Positions 1 to 7,159 of a DNA stretch of 59,160 nt are shown in pieces. The DNA lies in the IMG/VR virus record IMGVR_UViG_3300046504_000185, positions 1 to 59,160 of that record; one strand, given 5' to 3'. Position 1 is the first letter of the stretch. The number at the start of each line of letters is the position of its first letter. The DNA is from a virus (taxonomy: Duplodnaviria > Caudoviricetes). The position numbers and the translations under genes are program-made. Below the pieces are notes generated by a model, which saw nothing but the letters and a program-made list of their open reading frames with translations, searched no databases and was not told where the DNA came from.

Positions 1-290
1 TTGAAAATTTATTAGCAAATATTAATAGACTTAGAACAAACTATCAATTAGTTAATTTAAGAGAACCATTTTTAAATGATCAGGCACGGGAAGAACTCCA
101 ACAACTTGAAATGCCGTTAGAACCAACAGACAGAGGTAGTGTAAATCTGACTAAGATGATGGCAGAAGACGAGTTTCTGACTATTTATGGCAGTACTTTT
201 GTTAACTATGTTGAACCCTTCTACACCGTTATAATGAATGAAAAAGATTTACTTAAAGAATACTTGAGAAATAATAGAAGTAAATCTTAA
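1..290 (+). CDS. 3' end of probable 5'-3' exonuclease / RNase H (T4 Rnh / PolI flap-like), truncated by window start
   Basis: Frame 3 is open to TAA at 288-290: ENLLANINRLRTNYQLVNLREPFL... The RxNYQLVNL segment resembles the C-terminal part of phage 5'-3' exonucleases; replication-gene context. Confidence 0.5.
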   Translation, partial: ENLLANINRLRTNYQLVNLREPFLNDQAREELQQLEMPLEPTDRGSVNLTKMMAEDEFLTIYGSTFVNYVEPFYTVIMNEKDLLKEYLRNNRSKS

Positions 291-320
291 AAAAACCTTT
301 CATTTCTGTTAGAATCAAAG

Positions 321-328
321 TATATTTG
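321..328 (+). promoter_or_regulatory. Bacteroidota-type -7 promoter element (TATATTTG)
   Basis: Exact TAnnTTTG match ~35 nt upstream of ATG 363. Confidence 0.55.
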
Positions 329-362
329 TGTCGATAGTATTAACAATTAAAAAATAAAAATC

Positions 363-1004
363 ATGAGTGAAAAGGAATATAACAATACGTTTAGATTTGC
401 TTTATATCAAGGCAAAATACTATTGTGCGAAAAAATATTCGATGCTGATAAATTCAATCCGTTTACAAGATATTCCATAGATATAAGGGATATACTTCCA
501 CGGGCAATTACAAAACTACAAAAAGTTCTCTCTAAGAAAAAATACGATATATTATTAGATGGTGGTCGGATCGATCCAAATAATGAAGAATCTGACAGAA
601 ACATCTATGACCTATACCATTATAATCAAAACATTATTGAATCATATCCGCAACAGATCAGAAATGATTTGAGATATAATCCGCAACCAATTGTTCAACA
701 GATCGAAGAAAAAACCATTCGTGGTGTTGAATGCAAGATCGGTTTTTACATCAATGAGAATCCTATAGTTGAAAGACTTTTCTATGTTGACGGTTTTAAT
801 CCGGTTGCAAGATATTCAATTGATGTGGTTGAAGCAGTAATAGAAATCACAGGTACGATTCGTCAAAAGATTCTAAGTAGTGATGAAAAAAATATGTGGG
901 ATGATTATGATCTGATTAACATCAGAGGATTATCAATTAATCAGATCAGGGAACTCTCTCCTTCTAAGAGAGAAGAAATGCTTAGAAAAATTCGAAAGAA
1001 CTAA
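363..1004 (+). CDS. hypothetical protein
   Basis: 213-aa ORF with an internal repeat (DKFNPFTRYSIDI / DGFNPVARYSIDV); no family recognised. Confidence 0.8.
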   Translation: MSEKEYNNTFRFALYQGKILLCEKIFDADKFNPFTRYSIDIRDILPRAITKLQKVLSKKKYDILLDGGRIDPNNEESDRNIYDLYHYNQNIIESYPQQIRNDLRYNPQPIVQQIEEKTIRGVECKIGFYINENPIVERLFYVDGFNPVARYSIDVVEAVIEITGTIRQKILSSDEKNMWDDYDLINIRGLSINQIRELSPSKREEMLRKIRKN

Positions 1005-1027
1005 TAATAAGCATTAATAATCACATT

Positions 1028-1109
1028 GGGTGGTTATTGGTTTTTGGTTTAATAGATGTTATTTTCGGGTTTTTTTCTTTTTCATTTTTGCCAATAACCA
1101 TCCTTTTTT
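1028..1109. other. 13-bp stem with ~50-nt U-rich loop, followed by a U tract
   Basis: gggtggttattgg (1028-1040) pairs with ccaataaccatcc (1091-1103) with one G-U pair. Confidence 0.55.
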
Positions 1110-1121
1110 AACGAATAATTT

Positions 1122-3140
1122 ATGAGTGAAACAACTGAATACACCTTAACTTCTTATTTAGGTCCTGAATTTCAACAAAAATTAATGTGGCAATTGCTGG
1201 TGGAATCAGAATATGCCGAAAAAGCATTGCCTAATATATCCGTAGAATATTTTGATGATCCGAATCTCAAGAGATTATTTCTTATTATGTTGGAATATCT
1301 CCGGACTTATGATAAAGTTCCAAATCTTCAAAATCAGAGCATACATCAAGCAATAAATCAGTTCAAAGCACCAAACAATATAATTGAAGAAGAATCTCTC
1401 TTTGCCGTAGTAAAACGTATTGAGTTATTTAATGAGAGAATTTTGAATAAATCTTTAATGCACGATGGCGAAGTTGTTCAGAAATCAACAAATGAATTTA
1501 TTAAACAACAAGAGTATCGTAAATTAGCAGAATTCATTATCGTCAAAATTAAAAGTGGCGAAATGAAAAATAAAAAGATTATTGGTGAGATAGAAGAAAA
1601 ATTTCAAAAAATTACTCTTATAGGCAGTGATGAAGATTGTGGCAGTGATGTTATTGAGGGTCTTGAAAAAGCATTGAGAAAAGAATTCAGAGAAACAATA
1701 CCAACAGGCGTTACTGTAATTGATGTATTAACTGATGGTGGATTGGGTAAAGGTGAAATGGGTTTGATCCTTACGCCTTCTGGTGTTGGAAAGACAACCT
1801 TGTTGACAAAAATTGCCAATACTGCCCGTGAAAACAATAAAAATGTACTTCAGATTATTTTCGAAGATACCAAAGAACAGATACAGAGAAAACACGTTAC
1901 CATTTGGACAAAAATAGCATTAAGCCAACTTAATGTCGATGATAATAATGTAATAGCACTTCAAAAAGCAAATGAACATATTCAGAAATTAGGTCCAGGC
2001 AGGCTTATAATAAAGAAGTTTAGTCAGGAAGATACCACAATGCGTGATGTCAAAAACTTTATATTAAGAGAACAGAAAAAATGGGGATTTAAATTTGATA
2101 TTGTTGTACTTGATTATCTTGATTGTCTTGAATCACACAAAAAAGTCACAGACAGGACTGAAGCAGAACTTGTAATTGTTAAATCATTTGAAGCACTTGC
2201 AAGTGATCTGAACATACCATGTTGGTCAGCAATTCAAAGTAATCGTTCAGGATTTGATGCTGAACTTGTTGAAGCACAACATACTGGTGGTAATATCAAA
2301 AGAGTTCAAAAATCACATTTCTTTATGAGTGTTGCCAAAACTGCAGATCAAAAAGAAGCAAGTCTTGCAAGTATTAAGATTATCAAGGCAAGGTTTGCAC
2401 AGGATGGTCAGATATTTAAAGATTGTATATTCAATAATGATACAATGCAAATCATCATTCAAGATGATAGATATGTTGGTGATAGATACAGGGGTTTGAA
2501 AAAACAAGGTGATGATGACATAAATAGACTTGAAAATAGAACAGATAAATTAAATTTATTTCATGTTGCTGCATCAAGTGCGTTAGCCAATAGTGATGAT
2601 CAGGAAAAAGTTTCATTGATGGATGATGCAGCAAAAAAATATCTTGAAAATTTTCCTACTGAAAAGCCGAAAACTGAAAATGAAATAATAACTGTAACTG
2701 GTGATATTGGAAAATTTCCGGATACTGTAAAAGAAATTTCAATGGAAAAAGATACTGAAACGCCAAAAATTGTAAAAGAAAAAAATGAAGACATACTTGA
2801 AATTGAAAACTTACCTATTGAAAAAACTGATGGTGTAATTGATGGTGCAACTGAGGGTGTAAATGATGGAGCAAAAGAACCAATTTTAGATTGGTCTGGA
2901 GAAACTTTTACTACTACAACGAATGAAATTGAAGTAAAAATCGATGTTATTAAGCCGATTGAAACGCCAAAAATTGAAGAAAAAACTGTAGAAAAACTAA
3001 TAATTGAAGAAAAAAATAAAAATATTTTGATAGCAGAAAAAGACTTTGATAATCCTGACGATGTGCCAAAAATACATAAAAATGTATTTGAAATGTTAAC
3101 GAAAAAGGCTAAGAGTCAGAAAGTTATAGATACCAGTTAA
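1122..3140 (+). CDS. DnaB-like (SF4, T4 gp41-like) replicative helicase with long acidic C-terminal tail
   Basis: IPTG...GGL..GE motif, Walker A TPSGVGKTT, Walker B VVLDYLD, SAIQSNR and KARF arginine finger; last ~200 aa are Glu/Lys-rich low complexity. Confidence 0.9.
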   Translation: MSETTEYTLTSYLGPEFQQKLMWQLLVESEYAEKALPNISVEYFDDPNLKRLFLIMLEYLRTYDKVPNLQNQSIHQAINQFKAPNNIIEEESLFAVVKRIELFNERILNKSLMHDGEVVQKSTNEFIKQQEYRKLAEFIIVKIKSGEMKNKKIIGEIEEKFQKITLIGSDEDCGSDVIEGLEKALRKEFRETIPTGVTVIDVLTDGGLGKGEMGLILTPSGVGKTTLLTKIANTARENNKNVLQIIFEDTKEQIQRKHVTIWTKIALSQLNVDDNNVIALQKANEHIQKLGPGRLIIKKFSQEDTTMRDVKNFILREQKKWGFKFDIVVLDYLDCLESHKKVTDRTEAELVIVKSFEALASDLNIPCWSAIQSNRSGFDAELVEAQHTGGNIKRVQKSHFFMSVAKTADQKEASLASIKIIKARFAQDGQIFKDCIFNNDTMQIIIQDDRYVGDRYRGLKKQGDDDINRLENRTDKLNLFHVAASSALANSDDQEKVSLMDDAAKKYLENFPTEKPKTENEIITVTGDIGKFPDTVKEISMEKDTETPKIVKEKNEDILEIENLPIEKTDGVIDGATEGVNDGAKEPILDWSGETFTTTTNEIEVKIDVIKPIETPKIEEKTVEKLIIEEKNKNILIAEKDFDNPDDVPKIHKNVFEMLTKKAKSQKVIDTS

Positions 3141-3235
3141 AATTTTTTATAAAATATTGTAACTTTTTGTAAACTACTTCGTATTTATATTCCCAGACGA
3201 TTGTAAAATTTTTTTTCTTTTTTTTCATAAAATAC

Positions 3236-3298
3236 TTGCACATTAAAAAAACTTGTATTTACTTTGCATCGTCCAAAAGGGACAAATGTTCTTTGTAA
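3236..3298 (+). promoter_or_regulatory. putative promoter plus boxB-like hairpin and boxA-like leader of the ncRNA operon
   Basis: TTG at 3236; TTACTTTG near-match to TAnnTTTG at 3259-3266; hairpin gtcc-aaaag-ggac at 3271-3283; GTTCTTTGTAA at 3288. Confidence 0.45.
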
Positions 3299-3309
3299 GA
3301 TTTTTTAAG

Positions 3310-3372
3310 GAGAAATGAAGTAGCCGTTATTATGCATGACTTTTCTTGGACATTCCAAACGGATAATTTCTC
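3310..3372 (+). ncRNA. structured RNA, possible degenerate scaffold copy
   Basis: gagaaat/atttctc and ccgtt/aacgg stems; shares gttatta with copy 1 but lacks ACAGTA. Confidence 0.35.
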
Positions 3373-3380
3373 ATATGATA

Positions 3381-3506
3381 TAAAAGGAAACGGTGTGTTA
3401 TTACAGTAACAATTACATCAATGATAGATGGTCCGCCTTCAAAGCAGAAAGTTCCGGGGTCAAAGCCGGATTGTTTAACAAAAATAACAAACAAATTATC
3501 CTTTTA
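3381..3506 (+). ncRNA. Y-RNA-like scaffold copy 1 carrying a degenerate tRNA-like domain (anticodon TCA)
   Basis: taaaagga/tcctttta outer stem; tgttatt/aataaca inner stem; ACAGTA at 3403-3408. Cloverleaf 3407-3477: aacaat/attgtt, catc/gatg, tccgc-cttcaaa-gcaga, ccgg-ggtcaaag-ccgg. Confidence 0.65.
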
Positions 3507-3545
3507 ATTTATAGTTTTCATGGGTTTTCACAAAACCCATTACAC

Positions 3546-3618
3546 TGCGGGGTGGTAGAAGAGGCATCTCGTCAGGCTCATAACCTGAAGATCGGGGGTT
3601 CGAATCCCTCTCCCGCTA
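3546..3618 (+). tRNA. tRNA-Met(CAT), initiator-like; CCA not encoded
   Basis: tgcgggg/tcccgct acceptor with 1-72 mismatch; tcagg-ctcataa-cctga anticodon arm; ggggg-ttcgaat-ccctc T arm; followed by ct rather than cca. Confidence 0.9.
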
Positions 3619-3623
3619 CTATG

Positions 3624-3696
3624 TAGAAGAACTGTTAGTGTTTACAGTAAAATAACGCACAGTGATTTATCTAATAAGACTGACAAATTTCTTCTA
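3624..3696 (+). ncRNA. Y-RNA-like scaffold copy 2 (minimal, no tRNA cargo)
   Basis: tagaagaa/ttcttcta and tgttagt/actgaca stems; gtgtttacagta at 3638-3649. Confidence 0.65.
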
Positions 3697-3727
3697 ATCT
3701 TTTTAACAAACGTTCTTTAAAATATAT

Positions 3728-3865
3728 GGGGAGATAGCAAAACAAAAAACAAAAAATACTATCTCAACTGCTCTCTTCAAAGAGAGAACTCGTAGTGTTT
3801 CCAGTAAAAGGTAAAGCAATTGAGTTGAAATCAATAGATTACAGGTTCGAGTCCTGTTCTCCCCA
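3728..3865 (+). tRNA. tRNA-like gene (anticodon TGA, no long variable arm) with a ~65-70 nt scaffold insertion (copy 3, permuted) in the D-loop
   Basis: ggggaga/tctcccc acceptor; tagc...ggtaaagc D region; attga-gttgaaa-tcaat; acagg-ttcgagt-cctgt. Insert ~3740-3808 folds as aatacta/tagtgtt and ctctct-tcaa-agagag and contains gtgtttccagta. Confidence 0.75.
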
Positions 3866-3874
3866 CAAGTAATT

Positions 3875-3908
3875 CCCGGTTGTCCCTGTGGCAACACAAA
3901 CTTCCGGG
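3875..3908 (+). ncRNA. small GC-rich stem-loop with GNRA hairpin
   Basis: cccgg/ccggg enclosing tgtg-gcaa-caca. Confidence 0.4.
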
Positions 3909-3915
3909 TAACGAT

Positions 3916-4080
3916 ACAATGGGAAAACGAAAAGTGTTTACAGTAATATCGGAGGTTCGAATCCTTCCTTCCCCACCAAAATAATAAAATAAGTTTGGGG
4001 AAGTAGACAAGTGGCAAAGTCAATAGTCGGTTAAACTATGAAAACAAAAACAACAAATACTTTTAAAATGTTCCCAATGT
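3916..4080 (+). ncRNA. scaffold copy 4 carrying a circularly permuted tRNA (anticodon GTT, Asn-like)
   Basis: tgggaa/ttccca and aaaagtgttt/aaatactttt stems, then ACAGTA. 3' half first: T arm 3951-3967, cttcccc-a-cca 3968-3978. Then an 18-nt linker and the 5' half: ggggaag 3997-4003, D arm gac/gtc, anticodon arm atagt-cggttaa-actat 4023-4039. Confidence 0.8.
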
Positions 4081-4085
4081 TTTAA

Positions 4086-4295
4086 AAGTGGTACAAGGGT
4101 GAATATAAATTATTACAAATGATATAAGTGTAACCCCAATCCCACTTAATCCTAACATTTGAAGCATGTTGCAACGTGCGTGGTTAAGAATGGTTTTTAT
4201 CGGCAGAAGTGCTGAGTTTTTTCAAAAATAAAGAAATAATTACTGTGTCTAAGTTAAGCCAGATCGAAAGATAGGACTTTTTTTCGGCAGTAGTT
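4086..4295 (+). ncRNA. additional structured non-coding elements, unclassified
   Basis: aagtgg/ccactt (4086-4147); gcatgt-tgca-acgtgc (4164-4179); aattactg/cagtagtt (4238-4295) enclosing atc-gaaa-gat. Confidence 0.35.
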
Positions 4296-4301
4296 TAAAA
4301 A

Positions 4302-4396
4302 GGAAGAACTGGGTGTGTTTACAGTAGATTGAAACATGGAATCCCGTCCATTGAGAGGCGGGACAAACTTACAGGCAATACAACCGAACTTCTTCT
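4302..4396 (+). ncRNA. Y-RNA-like scaffold copy 5 with GC-rich hairpin cargo
   Basis: ggaagaa/ttcttct and ggtgtgtt/aatacaacc stems; gtgtttacagta at 4315-4326; cargo tcccgtc-cattgaga-ggcggga. Confidence 0.65.
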
Positions 4397-4431
4397 CTAT
4401 ATTTGAGAGAAGTATTTTTCCTACAAGAAAT

Positions 4432-4477
4432 GGGCGGGGATATGGTGTGAAAACACCATGCTTTGCCCTTTTTTTTT
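4432..4477 (+). terminator. Rho-independent terminator closing the ncRNA operon
   Basis: gggcgggg/ctttgccc plus atggtgt-gaaa-acaccat, followed by T9. Confidence 0.75.
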
Positions 4478-4520
4478 GACGTTCTTTGTAATATTTTGGT
4501 ATTTTAATTTTTATAAATGC

Positions 4521-4551
4521 TTTGTTTGTAGAGAAAATATTTCTACATTTG
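4521..4551 (+). promoter_or_regulatory. Bacteroidota sigma70-type promoter (TTTG ... TACATTTG)
   Basis: TTTG 4521-4524, 19-nt spacer, TACATTTG 4544-4551, upstream of ATG 4581. Confidence 0.6.
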
Positions 4552-4580
4552 AGTTTTAATAAATCTAAAAAGCAATTTAT

Positions 4581-5486
4581 ATGGAAGAATTAATTAAGAT
4601 TACCGCAAGTCCTAAAACTGGAAATCCGGTTGTTAATGCAAGAGATTTATATAAATTTCTTGATGTCGGTATGCATTTTGCCGATTGGATAAAACCATTA
4701 ATTGATAAATGGGGATTTATCGAAAACCAAGATTTTGCCTTATTATTTTATGACAAAAATGGTGAAAAAATTCCAACGTCACAAAAACAGGACATGGAAG
4801 AATGGGGGTTTGCGAATAAGGTATATCGAATCGAGTATGCTTTGACCTTAGATACAGCCAAAGAAATTTCAATGGTGCAGAACAGTGTTAAAGGTAAAGA
4901 AGCCAGACGATATTTTATTGCCAAAGAAAAAGAATTGCAAGAATTAAAATTAAAAGCACCTGAACCGATTTTAGTTCTTTCAAATGGTACTCAAACGATT
5001 GCTGAAGTTGCAAAACTTCTTAATGAGAATAAAATTGATAAAGGTAAGATTAGTAGTCATAAAATAAATCAGGTGTTACGTGAAAACCGATATTTTAGAC
5101 CAAACAATCAACCGTATCAGAAATGGATTAATCAGGGTTTGTTTCAGATTGAACAATATAATCCTAAGTATTATTCGGCAAAACGAATAACAGTAACAAA
5201 TGCTAAAGGATTACCAATAATACAACAATTGTTCAATCAAAGTATTTCAGTAAGTCCAGTACCAATAAAATATGACAATCGAACATTTTTATTGGAAAAA
5301 ATTGAAAATGGTCGTCTGACGAGACTTGAAGAAACAATGCTTGCACTTATTAATCATATGTTTGCATGCTTAAATCATAAAAGCAAACCAATTGAAATTG
5401 AAAATTACAGGTCTCAGTTTAAAACATTTAAGGCAGAAATTGAGAAAGAAAAAATAAATAATCTGCCAAAAGCATTGAACATATAA
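4581..5486 (+). CDS. AntA/AntB-family antirepressor with KilA-C (ANT)-like domain
   Basis: VNARDLYKFL...FADWIK...FIENQDF...EYALTLDTAKEISM...GKEARRYFI; second domain TIAEVAKLL...LRENRY...PYQKWINQGLF. Confidence 0.85.
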   Translation: MEELIKITASPKTGNPVVNARDLYKFLDVGMHFADWIKPLIDKWGFIENQDFALLFYDKNGEKIPTSQKQDMEEWGFANKVYRIEYALTLDTAKEISMVQNSVKGKEARRYFIAKEKELQELKLKAPEPILVLSNGTQTIAEVAKLLNENKIDKGKISSHKINQVLRENRYFRPNNQPYQKWINQGLFQIEQYNPKYYSAKRITVTNAKGLPIIQQLFNQSISVSPVPIKYDNRTFLLEKIENGRLTRLEETMLALINHMFACLNHKSKPIEIENYRSQFKTFKAEIEKEKINNLPKALNI

Positions 5487-5495
5487 TTTTATTTA

Positions 5496-5503
5496 TATAT
5501 TTG
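5496..5503 (+). promoter_or_regulatory. Bacteroidota-type -7 promoter element (TATATTTG)
   Basis: Exact TAnnTTTG followed by CA, ~22 nt before ATG 5526. Confidence 0.55.
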
Positions 5504-5525
5504 CACACTAATTAAATTTTATACT

Positions 5526-7154
5526 ATGGAAAAATTGGTATTAACACAGAAAATGCTTGGAACAATTAAGAATTCATTAATTGAAGGCTTAACCATTGCG
5601 AGTGGTGCTAAAAGCAGTGCAACTTACTACCACAAGAAAGATGACCAAATGAAGGCTTTACAAAGCCAGATCAAGGTGATGTACAAATTATCTAAGGAAC
5701 TTCCTTTGATTATAGCAAGTCAAAAGGGTGCTACAGGTAGATTTGTATCCGAAGTACTTTTGAATGAATTCAAAAATACCTTGAAGGGTGGTGCATGTAA
5801 TATTGTTAATCCAATTGATTGGTATGATAATGGATTGTCAGATAAGGCAGTTCTTACCGCATTGAATAATCTCGGTGAAAATGGTTTACCATATGTTCTT
5901 CGTTTATTCGTAGACTTGAAAAACGAAAAGGTTAACAACGAAAGGGCAAGGAAGATCATGCTTGGCTTCATTTGGGGTCAGTCAAACTTGGAATTCTATG
6001 CAATGAAGTACCGTAATAAAATTGCTGAAATTCTTAAGCACGTTTATGGTGTTAAGAAAACCTCAGTGTTACTTACTATTGCACGCAAGCAGGTAAATCT
6101 TCAGGGTGCTAACTTAGTTGGTACTCAGAAAGAAATGAATATTGTGAACGATTGTATCTTGAAATACTTCAACGGTGACACAGACAAGGCATTCAAATTA
6201 CTGCTTTTCTTATTCAAGCAGGATGCAGGTCTTAACCTTGATGAATTCAATCTTTTAAGAGAATACAAAAAGGCAAAACTTGATATCACAGGTATTAAGA
6301 GTGTTCCGGAAGAAGTATTGATTGGTTTGGTTTCTTCAATCAAGCACCCTCAGTACCACACAATGTGGTCAAGTAAGGTTCAAAGAGAAGCAACAAAGGC
6401 ACTTATTCGTAAGAATGTTGAAGTTACTTCTGTTAACCAACAGGTTCGTCAGACAAAATCAACTACAAAACTTGGCGTTGAAAAAACTGTTGAACTTGAA
6501 AAGGCAACTGACTTCCTTGCACTTTACAAGACAGGATATGAAAATACTTTCACTTCAGAATTAAAGAGTGCAATTGACAAACTTGCTGAAAAGAAAAAGA
6601 TCGTTGGTTTCTTCTACAAGAGCATTGGTATTATTGTCGATGACAGTAATTCAATGACTGGCGACAAGGCAGAATCAAAGAATACTCCAAGGGCAATTGC
6701 AGATTTTACTGCAAAGGTTTTGGGCAAGTCAGCAGATTGTGTGACTTTTGTGAAGACAAAGGATGAAGTAACTGATTTAGCAACAGCATTTGTTGAATTG
6801 CTTAAGTCAGAAAATACTGCAAATCCATATCAGGCAATTTTCATCTTAACCGATGGATATGAAAACGCCTACGATGGATTGACTAACGAAGTTATTTCAA
6901 TCTACAAGGCAGAAAGTCAGAGGGATATTCCAATATTCCAAATTTCACCTATCACAAGTGCTGAAATGGGTGCTAATGTAAGAAAATTGGGTGCTGATGT
7001 TGTCACAATGGCAATCAATAACCCAAGTGCATTACAGCCTCAGATTAACGCAAGGTTGCTTGAAATTGACACAAAACGTTGGTTGGAAAATCAGGTATTG
7101 GCTCTTGAAGCAGCACCTGTTAAGAGAACAAAAAAAATTAGTATTAATGTTTAA
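5526..7154 (+). CDS. Ro60/TROVE-like helical protein with C-terminal VWA (MIDAS) domain
   Basis: 542 aa, similar to Ro60 length. N-terminal ASGAKSSATYYHKK resembles the Ro60 GSEGGTYY motif; helical middle; VWA motifs IIVDDSNSM, TDL and IFILTDGYEN. The VWA call is strong; the TROVE call is by resemblance. Confidence 0.7.
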   Translation: MEKLVLTQKMLGTIKNSLIEGLTIASGAKSSATYYHKKDDQMKALQSQIKVMYKLSKELPLIIASQKGATGRFVSEVLLNEFKNTLKGGACNIVNPIDWYDNGLSDKAVLTALNNLGENGLPYVLRLFVDLKNEKVNNERARKIMLGFIWGQSNLEFYAMKYRNKIAEILKHVYGVKKTSVLLTIARKQVNLQGANLVGTQKEMNIVNDCILKYFNGDTDKAFKLLLFLFKQDAGLNLDEFNLLREYKKAKLDITGIKSVPEEVLIGLVSSIKHPQYHTMWSSKVQREATKALIRKNVEVTSVNQQVRQTKSTTKLGVEKTVELEKATDFLALYKTGYENTFTSELKSAIDKLAEKKKIVGFFYKSIGIIVDDSNSMTGDKAESKNTPRAIADFTAKVLGKSADCVTFVKTKDEVTDLATAFVELLKSENTANPYQAIFILTDGYENAYDGLTNEVISIYKAESQRDIPIFQISPITSAEMGANVRKLGADVVTMAINNPSALQPQINARLLEIDTKRWLENQVLALEAAPVKRTKKISINV

Positions 7155-7159
7155 AAAAT

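Noticed and set aside
3866-3925. theta/HDV-like or twister ribozyme after the tRNA
   Set aside because: I could not assign the required nested pseudoknot or catalytic residues by eye; kept only as an unclassified hairpin.
3393-4023. ORFs 3393-3626 (+) and 3703-4023 (-)
   Set aside because: They overlap tRNA and ncRNA structures and have no recognisable protein features; likely spurious.
4238-4295. SRP RNA
   Set aside because: A GNRA hairpin is present but the conserved CAGG/AGCA symmetric loop is not matched.
3381-4396. CRISPR array (repeated gtgtttacagta)
   Set aside because: The conserved core is only ~12 nt, spacing is irregular (~140-380 nt), units are structured RNAs, and there are no cas genes in the window.
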